A stretch of 24,291 nt of DNA. It comes from a virus. Lineage: Duplodnaviria; Caudoviricetes. How positions within the stretch are numbered: the stretch's first letter is position 1; the number at the start of each line of letters is the position of its first letter. Below, one piece after another: positions 6,551-14,795 of the stretch. A program made the translations under genes and the position numbers. Below the pieces are notes generated by a model. It was not told the origin of the DNA and searched no databases. It saw only the letters and a program-made list of their open reading frames with translations. Location of the stretch: the IMG/VR virus record IMGVR_UViG_3300048854_000095, positions 1 through 24,291 of that record; one strand, written 5' to 3'.

Positions 6551-6832
6551 ATGAAATACGAGCCACCATCGGTGGAAGACCTTCTTCGCCTGAAAGCCGA
6601 ACTCGGATTGTCGAGCACTCAGATGGCAGAACTGTTCGGGATATCGACCGGTCGGCAGTGGCGAAAGTACACGTCCAGTACGGACCGCCGAGACATGGGC
6701 ATGCACATGCTCTTCTTCGCAATGGCCCGGCTCGAGCTGGACGAGGCGACCATCGAGCGCGTGCTCGATCGCATGCGCCAGATGGGCGCACACGTCGATC
6801 TATCGGCACCGGCTGGAGAGCAGCAGCTGTAG
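6551..6832 (+). CDS. XRE-family helix-turn-helix regulator
   Basis: YEPPSVEDLLRLKAELGLSSTQMAELFGISTGRQWRKYT fits an XRE/Cro HTH pattern; 93 aa. Confidence 0.85.
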   Translation: MKYEPPSVEDLLRLKAELGLSSTQMAELFGISTGRQWRKYTSSTDRRDMGMHMLFFAMARLELDEATIERVLDRMRQMGAHVDLSAPAGEQQL

Positions 6833-6834
6833 CA

Positions 6835-7515
6835 ATGTCGCTCGGCTGCGCCGCGGCAAGCGCGCACGCCGACTACATCAACGACTATGTGCAAGGCGAA
6901 GTCGGCATCGGCGCTGCCCATTACACGACGCAGGATGGCCGCTGGTATCAGCAAGGCATGCCGAACGGCGACAACAAACTTACGAGCAAGCCGCCCGCGT
7001 TCTCACTGGGGCTCACCGGCCCACTCATCACGCGCGGCAAGTGGGGCGCCGACTGGCATGCTGAATACGTCAATCTCGGGAGGGCGGCCGCGTCATGCGC
7101 ATGCACGCCGCGGGATGAAAACTACGACCCCAACACGCACCACTTCACGAACCGGTTTGACGCGCCGGCCGCTTACTTCACCGGCTCAGGTCGTTCGCAA
7201 GGCGTGGCGCTGACCATCGAGCCGTACTACTGGACCTACGGCGTCCGACTCGGCGTCGAAGCCGGCGCGTACATCCACCGCGATAGTTGGTCCGAGGACG
7301 TGATCGGATGGCAGATCGATAAGACGGTCGCGCCGCAGAATCTGCACCTCTCGGATGCTCACTGGGCCATCGCACCTGTAGTCGGTGCGTCGGTCGGGAA
7401 CGGGCGGTTCACGCTATCGTATCGCCACTACTTCACACGCCTCAGCAGCCAGAGCCGTAGCGTGCCGCCGCTGTGGAACGACGCGGACGTGCTCGAGGTG
7501 AAGGTGAAGTTCTGA
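6835..7515 (+). CDS. Outer-membrane beta-barrel protein (start codon uncertain; frame open from at least 6502)
   Basis: AHA|D signal peptidase site at 6870/6871, about eight amphipathic beta-strands, C-terminal LEVKVKF with terminal Phe. Confidence 0.8.
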   Translation: MSLGCAAASAHADYINDYVQGEVGIGAAHYTTQDGRWYQQGMPNGDNKLTSKPPAFSLGLTGPLITRGKWGADWHAEYVNLGRAAASCACTPRDENYDPNTHHFTNRFDAPAAYFTGSGRSQGVALTIEPYYWTYGVRLGVEAGAYIHRDSWSEDVIGWQIDKTVAPQNLHLSDAHWAIAPVVGASVGNGRFTLSYRHYFTRLSSQSRSVPPLWNDADVLEVKVKF

Positions 7516-7586
7516 GGGTGCGCAAGTGCTGATGGCGACGTACCGCTTTTGACTCGGATAAAATGGCCATCCTTTAGAGGAAAGCC

Positions 7587-8612
7587 ATGCGAAACCAGAA
7601 TCTGGACGGGGCGCGAGGAATAGCGGCCCTGTCTGTCGCGATCGCTCACTGTGAACTACACTACGGCGGCAGCGCTGTGATTTTCTTGACGGCTAGGGAA
7701 CTCATCGGCGCGCCAGTAGGCGTTATCGCGGGTCGGCTCTGGTACACGATTTTTCATGCGGACGCCGCCGTCGTCCTCTTCTTTGTGCTCAGCGGCCACG
7801 TCCTGAGTCGCGCGCTCGAGCATCGAGGACAACGCCCGCTCGAAGCAGCACTTCCGTATTTTGTGCGTCGCATTTTCCGACTGTTGCCGGCCGGCGTTGT
7901 TTGCGCGGTGCCCATCATCGCGCTGTTAAAACCGGACGCGAAAGCGGCCATCGGCACCATGTTCCTCGTCGACCACAGTCTAAATGGACCGATATGGAGC
8001 CTTCAGGTCGAATGGATAGGATGCGCGATCACTTTCTTGCTTTGGGCAGTCGGCAGCCGCCTGTTTGCGCTTGCCCTAATCAGTGTTATCGGCTATCTGC
8101 TGCTGTCGTGGCAGCCTTGGCAATTGATGTTTCTGCCTGCGTTCGTTCTGGGCTATCTCATTCCATCTGTGCCGGCCGCGATCTGGCAAAGTCGTTCGGT
8201 ATTGTTCGTATCGCTCGCTGCACTGATGCTCGCGGATCTCATACTAGGCAAGCTGTCTTTGCCAATGCGCGCAATCGAGGCATTGGGCGCATTCGGCGTC
8301 GTTGGATGCCTGACTGCCAGTCCGCTGGCAGTGCTTCATAGTAGACCTGTCCAGTTCCTCGGTGACATAAGCTACCCGCTCTATCTATGTGGGACGCCTG
8401 CGATGCTGCTTGTCGCGCCACTGCTGGATCGTCACTTCACCGAACCACACATGCTGCGTCAGACGGCCATGCTAGCAGCGGCCAGCGTCCCGATCGCTAT
8501 TCTTGCGGGTTGGATCGTTCATCGTATGGTCGAACGTCCGGGCATTCGCCTCGGTGCGTACATGCTCAATGCAGCCGGGCGAATGCGCGTTCGAGGGAAT
8601 GCTACGCAATAG
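7587..8612 (+). CDS. Acyltransferase-3 family O-acyltransferase (candidate O-antigen/surface polysaccharide acetylase)
   Basis: AGAGGA RBS; LDGARGIAALSVAIAH, AVVLFFVLSG, RRIFRLLP, NGPIWSLQVE, LGDISYPLY and VERP motifs; about 10 TM segments. Confidence 0.9.
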   Translation: MRNQNLDGARGIAALSVAIAHCELHYGGSAVIFLTARELIGAPVGVIAGRLWYTIFHADAAVVLFFVLSGHVLSRALEHRGQRPLEAALPYFVRRIFRLLPAGVVCAVPIIALLKPDAKAAIGTMFLVDHSLNGPIWSLQVEWIGCAITFLLWAVGSRLFALALISVIGYLLLSWQPWQLMFLPAFVLGYLIPSVPAAIWQSRSVLFVSLAALMLADLILGKLSLPMRAIEALGAFGVVGCLTASPLAVLHSRPVQFLGDISYPLYLCGTPAMLLVAPLLDRHFTEPHMLRQTAMLAAASVPIAILAGWIVHRMVERPGIRLGAYMLNAAGRMRVRGNATQ

Positions 8613-9126
8613 GCGCTTCCGGCCAATTCGGACTTGCTCCAGTAAGGTCGACCGCCTTCAGGTCACGCACATATTGCACCCATGCCTTGGCATCTGCCGT
8701 TTCCCCATCAGTAGCAATGCCAAGTGTGACCGCCGTCTGCAGGGGCGCGAGCGCTACCGATGCAGCCGCCAGCAAGTCGTTTTGCTTACCCGTGTTGTTG
8801 GCCAGCACCTCCGCAGCGGTCGGAGCGGGGTTCGACGCTGCGGCCGCTTCCGCCTCACTGCACGGATATAAAGTGGTGGGCACGCTGGTGAGCGGATACA
8901 CAATAAGTGCACCGGGCGTCACGGATTCAGGCGTTACCAACTCGCCGCGAATCGTGTTGCCTTCCTCGTCCTCCGTGTCGGGACCATAGACCGCTGGCGT
9001 CACGATGTCCGGTTCTCGCGCGCCCGTGGTGTGGGTGAATGAATAGACGCCGTCTGTATTGACGACAGTCACATCGTCCTCGAAGGCCCATGGCATCCCG
9101 GTTGATTTGTCAATGAAGTATTGCAT
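8602..9126 (-). CDS. Tail fibre assembly chaperone (Tfa-like)
   Basis: C-terminal LAPLQTAVTLGIATDGE...AWVQYVRDLKAVD...WPEAP signature; directly downstream of the tail fibre. Confidence 0.88.
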   Translation of the reverse strand: MQYFIDKSTGMPWAFEDDVTVVNTDGVYSFTHTTGAREPDIVTPAVYGPDTEDEEGNTIRGELVTPESVTPGALIVYPLTSVPTTLYPCSEAEAAAASNPAPTAAEVLANNTGKQNDLLAAASVALAPLQTAVTLGIATDGETADAKAWVQYVRDLKAVDLTGASPNWPEAPIA

Positions 9127-9135
9127 CTGATTCCC

Positions 9136-10602
9136 CTATCGCAGTTCATACCATGAGGCCAGCGTTGATGCCGGGCCGCTTTGTTGCACGACATATGTGC
9201 CACCAGCCGGAACAGTTGTGTTTATGGCCAGCGCTTGGGCTGCCGCAGTAGCGATGCTGGCTGCGGCCTCACCCATACCGCTCACAAAGATACCGATCGC
9301 TGATCCCGATCCGCCAGCTGACGCTGCGACATTCACGGTTATCAACTTCCCTGTGCTGTTCGTGTACGTCGTTCCGATAGCTCGAGAAGCCAAAACGTTC
9401 GTTAGGTTCTGACCGATACCGAACGATTGGTCATAGCGGACCGCGTGCGCCGCTGAAGTCGCCACACCGACGCTAACCGGTTGAACCGCCTGGATGGCCG
9501 ATCCGCCGATAATGGTAGGCAGCGCGTTGTTGCCGAGATTGACGTTGTTAGATGCGTCTATGAATGCAAGTGGAATCGCGGCGCCACCCGTCGTCTTCGC
9601 CAGGTAACCTACGTTGTTCGGTAATACCGCACCGTTCGTCATCGTGAGCATCGGCGTAATCGTCGCCGACGCACCGAGAATAGCGAGCGCCAGCGATGAA
9701 TTGCCGTACGTGACGTTGTTGCTCGCATCGATATACGAAATCGGAAATGCGGTCCCGCCCGTATTCTTAGCCTGATAAGCGGTGTTGTTGGCCAGCACCA
9801 CCGCACCATTACTGGCTAGCCCGTTCGTATATGTGACGGAAGTGGCAATCGTGTAGCCACCGGCAAGCATCTGCCCATATTGCACCGCATGCTGGCTCTG
9901 CGTGGCGGCGGCAATATTCTCAGCAAGCTGCGTGATGTTCGTGCCGTCGCCCGTGACCTTCGTGGGCGATCCGTCCTGCGGAATCGCGACGCCGGTTCCT
10001 GCCGCCGTTTTGGCTGTGACCGTGAACGCGCCCGTGGTGTTGTTGATGATCGTCCACTCGCGCAGCCAGGTCGGGAAGACGATCTGCACGTTCCCCGTCA
10101 GCGTGCCCGCCAGCGTAATGCGATTCTTCGCGGCCTGCGCGGGCGTGAGCGTGACGTTGGCGTTCGTCAGGCCCGTAACCGAGGTCACGCCGTAGGCGCG
10201 GCTCGGCACCCACTTCGTGCCTGGCCCGGTGTCGGGGTTATCCGTGTTCGCGTCGTTCAGGCTCAGCCATGCGCCCTGCAAGTCTGCGCTCATCAGCTCC
10301 GCGCCCGCCGGATATCCGCTCACGTTGGCGTCTGCCGCAAACGTCGAACTGAATGCGTAGCGGCCGCCGCCATGAGCCCAACGGATCGACTGGGTGATGA
10401 GGTTCAGCACGCCGTTAAAGTCCGCGCCCGCGGGCGGCACGCCGCCCGCCGCGACCGGCGTGAACGTGAGTGGCGGAAAGCCATCGTTGAGCGACGCGGC
10501 GCCCGGCGTCACGCCGATCTGCGATGCTTCGGGAATTGCATTCTTCGTGCCGTTGGCCGCGAAGGCGAGCGGCACGAGAGTTGGGGTCTGACTAGCCTGC
10601 AT
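9136..10602 (-). CDS. Tail fibre protein (488 aa)
   Basis: Likely start MQASQTP at 10602; N-terminal ASLNDGFPPLT..GGVPP.GADFNGVLN baseplate-attachment motif; C-terminal domain ending VPAGGTY...WYELR. Confidence 0.9.
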   Translation of the reverse strand: MQASQTPTLVPLAFAANGTKNAIPEASQIGVTPGAASLNDGFPPLTFTPVAAGGVPPAGADFNGVLNLITQSIRWAHGGGRYAFSSTFAADANVSGYPAGAELMSADLQGAWLSLNDANTDNPDTGPGTKWVPSRAYGVTSVTGLTNANVTLTPAQAAKNRITLAGTLTGNVQIVFPTWLREWTIINNTTGAFTVTAKTAAGTGVAIPQDGSPTKVTGDGTNITQLAENIAAATQSQHAVQYGQMLAGGYTIATSVTYTNGLASNGAVVLANNTAYQAKNTGGTAFPISYIDASNNVTYGNSSLALAILGASATITPMLTMTNGAVLPNNVGYLAKTTGGAAIPLAFIDASNNVNLGNNALPTIIGGSAIQAVQPVSVGVATSAAHAVRYDQSFGIGQNLTNVLASRAIGTTYTNSTGKLITVNVAASAGGSGSAIGIFVSGMGEAAASIATAAAQALAINTTVPAGGTYVVQQSGPASTLASWYELR

Positions 10603-11263
10603 TTTGTGCTCCGGTGAAGAACGTGCCCTGGCCGAACGGCGCAGCGCTCGCGGTGCCGGCTTCTGCGAAGCCGAAGATGTTAGGAACAGGAATCTGAGCG
10701 ACGGAGGCAAATACGCCTGTCGGGCGAGGCAGCACGCCGGCCTGCGTCATGATCGCCATCTCGAACGGCTGCAGGTAGAACTCGAACGTGTAGCGCATCT
10801 GCATGTTGCCGAGGTCGTTCACGTAGCAACGCCCGCGGCCCGCGAAGAGGCTTTGCAGCAGCTTGTTGTAACTCGGGATCGAGCCGTCGGTGATATTCGC
10901 CAGTGCCTTGACAAGGATCAGCGTGCGGAATGCATCGTCGCCCAAGTAGTAGTTCTGGCTGACAGGCGACCCCGAATAGAACGCGCCCGAGCCAAACGGC
11001 GTTGCGCTCAACGTACCCGCCTCATTAAAGCCGAGATTCAACTCAGACGACGGGATTTTTAAAATGCGCCCGGTTTCAAGTCCAACGATTTTTCCCCAGA
11101 TATCCAGACCCTTGCCGAACGCGCTGTCAATGTCCCAGATATTTGAATAGAACGCGTCGATATCCGCCGACGGGTCGATATAGCCATCCATATTATGGAT
11201 AAGCTGAACGAGCGTGGCCGCGTTCGAATATTGAGAAATAATCGTCTTGTCGACGTTTTCCAT
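10592..11263 (-). CDS. Baseplate wedge protein (DUF2612-like)
   Basis: TIISQYSNA, WDIDSAFGKGLDIWGKIVG and LPRPTGV motifs; lies between baseplate J and the fibre. Confidence 0.85.
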   Translation of the reverse strand: MENVDKTIISQYSNAATLVQLIHNMDGYIDPSADIDAFYSNIWDIDSAFGKGLDIWGKIVGLETGRILKIPSSELNLGFNEAGTLSATPFGSGAFYSGSPVSQNYYLGDDAFRTLILVKALANITDGSIPSYNKLLQSLFAGRGRCYVNDLGNMQMRYTFEFYLQPFEMAIMTQAGVLPRPTGVFASVAQIPVPNIFGFAEAGTASAAPFGQGTFFTGAQNAG

Positions 11264-11292
11264 AATGCCGGTCTAAAAATCGGTTTCCAGAA

Positions 11293-12528
11293 TCATACGA
11301 GACTAACGGCGATATTATTCGCGGAAATCGTCGGCGCCTGATTGATATTCACGTCGACGTAATTCTGAGTTGCGATCGTCGTGCCGATCTGAATAGAGAG
11401 AAGCTCGACGCTCGGATCGATCGCTTCGACGCCGGCGTAATAGCGGCTCGCGAGCAGACGTCGACCAATGCGCGCGCGCTGGCCACCATCCGCGCCGCTG
11501 AACGCTTTGATGATCGCGGTCTTCACCTGCGCCACGATGTCAGCTGGCAAGCCCGCCACGTTCGCGATCTGGACGGCGAAAAGAATCGGCAGGCCCGTCG
11601 CGATATCGAGCTTCACGGTGTATTGGGGGTACGGCGCCGTGTAGCCGTCCGTGTCGTAGACCGTGACCGACGTGCCGCCCGTGTAGTTGCAGCCTGGACC
11701 CTTCTTCGACCAGATCGCATCCGCGACGTCCTGCACCGCGCCGCCGGAGACGCAGACGTACAGCGAGTTCGGTAGCAGCGTGACGCCGCCCACCACGGCA
11801 GGCGTGCCGAGCGGGTTGTCGACCACATACGCGTCGAGCACGTTGGCAACGCCTAGCACCGCGCCGCGCACCGACGGCACACTGCCCTTGGAGTTCGCGG
11901 CGACCGATTGCTTGCGGCGATTCTCGAAGTCCGCGCGCGTCTCGACGTCGGCGCCGAGCACGCCGTCGGCGGCGTTGCTCACCGTGTCCCAGCCCGGGAT
12001 TGCCTGGTAGATCTGATTGAGCGAACCCGCCGGGCACGCGATCGGACCCGTCACGTTGCACGCGAACGTCAGGTCAATGGTGCCGGTCGCGGGAATCGTA
12101 CCGGCCTGCGTGCACAGATAAATGTTGCCGTCGGTGTCCTGCGCTTTCGCGCCAACCGGGATCACCGTGCCCGCGAGGCCGATGCAAGTTGCCGTGACGG
12201 TCGTGGGCTCAGCGGGGTTGCGGTCAATGAAGTAGATGCGGCCAATTGCATCCTGAAACCGGCCGTCGGCCGTGTCCGGATCGACGCCGTTCACCACTTC
12301 GAGGATGTCGTCGTTCTTCGCGCCAATGATCGCGGTCACGCTCGATGCAATCTGCCCTTGCGGCGTCTTGAGATTGAGCGTGCCGTCAGCGTTATACACC
12401 GTCATGTTGCCGCCGAAAGCGGCATTGGTGTCCGCGAAGACGCCCTCGAGGATGTCGGACTCGTCGGGTACCACCGGGCCGGTGCTCGCCCACGTGATCG
12501 ACGGAACGCTGCTGGATGGAGTCGACAT
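11293..12528 (-). CDS. Baseplate J/gp47-like protein
   Basis: TPQGQIASS, DPDTADGRFQDAIGRIYF and ETRADFENRR motifs; size and synteny. Confidence 0.88.
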   Translation of the reverse strand: MSTPSSSVPSITWASTGPVVPDESDILEGVFADTNAAFGGNMTVYNADGTLNLKTPQGQIASSVTAIIGAKNDDILEVVNGVDPDTADGRFQDAIGRIYFIDRNPAEPTTVTATCIGLAGTVIPVGAKAQDTDGNIYLCTQAGTIPATGTIDLTFACNVTGPIACPAGSLNQIYQAIPGWDTVSNAADGVLGADVETRADFENRRKQSVAANSKGSVPSVRGAVLGVANVLDAYVVDNPLGTPAVVGGVTLLPNSLYVCVSGGAVQDVADAIWSKKGPGCNYTGGTSVTVYDTDGYTAPYPQYTVKLDIATGLPILFAVQIANVAGLPADIVAQVKTAIIKAFSGADGGQRARIGRRLLASRYYAGVEAIDPSVELLSIQIGTTIATQNYVDVNINQAPTISANNIAVSLV

Positions 12529-12537
12529 GGTCTGCTC

Positions 12538-12894
12538 TTAGAATGAAGTGGAAAACGGCGTGCCGCTCGACGTGACGCCCTGAATGACACCGGTCACCTT
12601 GCGCTCGCTCATCGACGAGATCGTGCATTGCGCTTTGGCGACGCCGGCGACGGTCAGCGCTGCCTGCTCAATGCGCGAGCGCAGCAGTTGGTCAGGCGGC
12701 CAGTGACCAAGAATCTCGGTGAAGTAAGGGACGCCCTGCGTCGTGTCGTACCAGCATTCGCCGAGGAACGTTCGGACCGCGCAGGCGACGTTCTGCGCGA
12801 GCGAATACGGCTCGGTCGCGAGCGCGATGTTGCCGCTTGCGTCGAGCACCAGATCCCAGCGAGTCTGATCCAGCAATAGCGTGTCCATGGTCAT
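12538..12894 (-). CDS. Baseplate wedge/sheath initiator (gp25/gpW-like)
   Basis: WDLVLDASGNIA...AQNVACAVRTFLGECWYDTTQGVPY; lies between the spike and baseplate J. Confidence 0.8.
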   Translation of the reverse strand: MTMDTLLLDQTRWDLVLDASGNIALATEPYSLAQNVACAVRTFLGECWYDTTQGVPYFTEILGHWPPDQLLRSRIEQAALTVAGVAKAQCTISSMSERKVTGVIQGVTSSGTPFSTSF

Positions 12895-13643
12895 GTCGGC
12901 GGGTTCGTCTGGTTGCCTGTCCCGTTTTCGAGGTGCGTGTGGTGCGCGACGCTCTTGCCAGAGGCGGTGACGTCCTGCACGACGGTCAGCGGACCTTGCA
13001 TTGCGGCGGCGCCGCCCTGCGGCCCCTCGCCTTGCGTCATCTGCCCGTCCATCTCGATAGCGGGTGCGGAGTTGGTGATTTCAGCGCCGGCTGTGAGGCC
13101 TATCTCATTGGTGGCCTGAAGAAGAATCTCGGGCGCGGACATGCGGATGCGCGTCGGCGACACGATGTCGATGCCGGCCGACGAGAAGGCGATGTATTGC
13201 TGCGGCACGCCGTTCAGATAGCCACCGATATACAGACCGTCGGCCATGTCGAACTGCCGCTTGGAGCCCGGATTCGCCTGCGCCTTCGACGACTTGACCG
13301 CAGAAATGTCGCGATCTGAGAAGATGGCCGCGCCGATGTCGCCGACCTTCGGGTCGAGAATCACAGCGTCCGTGCCGCCCTGAAGCCGGAAGTACGGGAG
13401 GTTGTGCACGATGCCGTGCGGCACCGCGTTGTTGTTGCCGTCGAGCTGATTGACAAGCGGCTGAACATCGACAAAGCCAACAGGCGACACACCGCCCGCG
13501 TTGCTCACCGCAACCACCTGCACGAGCTTCGCCGTGCTGATGCCCGCGAGCACCTGGCGGATGAGGAACAGGTTTTCGTTGTACGGCGAGCCGCCCGAGG
13601 TGGCATCCGCGGCGCCGCGATAGCCGAGTTGATCGTTAGCCAT
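12891..13643 (-). CDS. Baseplate central spike (Gp138/gpV-like)
   Basis: Likely start MANDQLG at 13643; OB-fold-like VDVQPLV...LPYFRLQGG...PKVGDIG...DRDIS; C-terminal HHTH metal-binding tip motif. Confidence 0.88.
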   Translation of the reverse strand: MANDQLGYRGAADATSGGSPYNENLFLIRQVLAGISTAKLVQVVAVSNAGGVSPVGFVDVQPLVNQLDGNNNAVPHGIVHNLPYFRLQGGTDAVILDPKVGDIGAAIFSDRDISAVKSSKAQANPGSKRQFDMADGLYIGGYLNGVPQQYIAFSSAGIDIVSPTRIRMSAPEILLQATNEIGLTAGAEITNSAPAIEMDGQMTQGEGPQGGAAAMQGPLTVVQDVTASGKSVAHHTHLENGTGNQTNPPT

Positions 13644-14496
13644 TGGCGGGCACTCCGAGGATCTGCGTGAACCACTGGCCGTTCGGCGTCTCGCTTTGAA
13701 GCGAGTGTTGAACCTGCAGCACAGTCCACTTGCCGCACGCAACCTGAAGCGACGACTGCACTTCGATCACGCCGCCCGGTTTGATGTCGGGATTGAAGAG
13801 CGTCGTCACTCCAAGCCCGTTGCTGGCGAACGTCGGATAGCCGCGCATGCCCGTTGCCGGAGATATCAAGGGCACTTCGCCGCCGCGCGCGCCGTTCTTC
13901 GGCCAGATCGCCAGCGCGCCGCGGTCGATCGTGAAGTTGATGTCTGCTGCACGCGCGCATGCTCGAGCCTGTGCGAGCGCGGTACCGGGAAAGTATGGGT
14001 TCGATAGCTGCACGGTCACGCCGTTGTTCTCGAACGCGAAACCCATCGTGGTCGCGAGCGTCTGCATGATCGTCGCGACGTCGGCCGAGCCGGGGTAGCT
14101 CAGCGCATTGACAGGTTTGAGCGCTGCGGCAAGGCCACCAAGGCCGGTGATATTCAGCGGCACATCGGGGGCGCCGTCGAACTCGCCCCACGCCTGCCAG
14201 ATCGTGCCGCTGTAGACCGTGCGCATGCCGTTTTCGTCGTCGCCCGCGGCGAGCAGCACCGAATTGTTGAACATGATCGCGGAGTTGATCGGGCCGATCG
14301 CCGTCAACTGGTTGATCATGTCGAGCGGCAGCCCGAACACGCGAATCTGCGCCTGTGGCATTGCCTCGCCACCATAGACCTGCACGCCCGCGTGAACGCG
14401 CAGTCCCGACAGTGTCACCGTGTTCGCGCCAGAGTCACCAAACTGGCCAGTGCCAAGGCTGATCGTCAGGTCGATGCGTTTCTTTGTGAAACTCAT
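13636..14496 (-). CDS. Baseplate hub protein
   Basis: Synteny upstream of the spike; size; ISPATGMRGYP motif. Confidence 0.78.
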   Translation of the reverse strand: MSFTKKRIDLTISLGTGQFGDSGANTVTLSGLRVHAGVQVYGGEAMPQAQIRVFGLPLDMINQLTAIGPINSAIMFNNSVLLAAGDDENGMRTVYSGTIWQAWGEFDGAPDVPLNITGLGGLAAALKPVNALSYPGSADVATIMQTLATTMGFAFENNGVTVQLSNPYFPGTALAQARACARAADINFTIDRGALAIWPKNGARGGEVPLISPATGMRGYPTFASNGLGVTTLFNPDIKPGGVIEVQSSLQVACGKWTVLQVQHSLQSETPNGQWFTQILGVPANG

Positions 14497-14795
14497 GAGA
14501 GGTCGCTCGCTTCCAGATAGACCAACTGCCAGCGGCCGCCGAAGCCGGTGTATTCGGGATCATCCACGCCTTGGGTGTCGAAGAAGGACAGGTCGCCGAT
14601 GAAGCCCAGGTACGTCTGCCGCACGATCGCGACGCGGTCGCGGCAAACCTGCCCGGTCACCACTGCCTGGTTGTTCACGTACAGGTCCAGATAAACACCG
14701 GTCGTCTTCGCGTACACCTTGATCTGGCAGTTCTGGCCGGCGAGCAGCACGCTAAGCGTTTGGGATGGCTTCGCCGCGAGAGGAATGATGATCAT
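14493..14795 (-). CDS. Small baseplate protein
   Basis: Translationally coupled 100-aa ORF (IPLAAKPSQ...YLGFIGDLSFFDTQG..DP.Y.G.G.RWQLVY) typical of this module. Confidence 0.75.
   Translation of the reverse strand: MIIIPLAAKPSQTLSVLLAGQNCQIKVYAKTTGVYLDLYVNNQAVVTGQVCRDRVAIVRQTYLGFIGDLSFFDTQGVDDPEYTGFGGRWQLVYLEASDLS

Noticed and set aside
9136-9930. Diversity-generating retroelement or invertible fibre cassette
   Set aside because: The fibre repeats are diverged at all base types rather than adenine-specific; no reverse transcriptase, invertase or inverted second fibre tip is present in the window.
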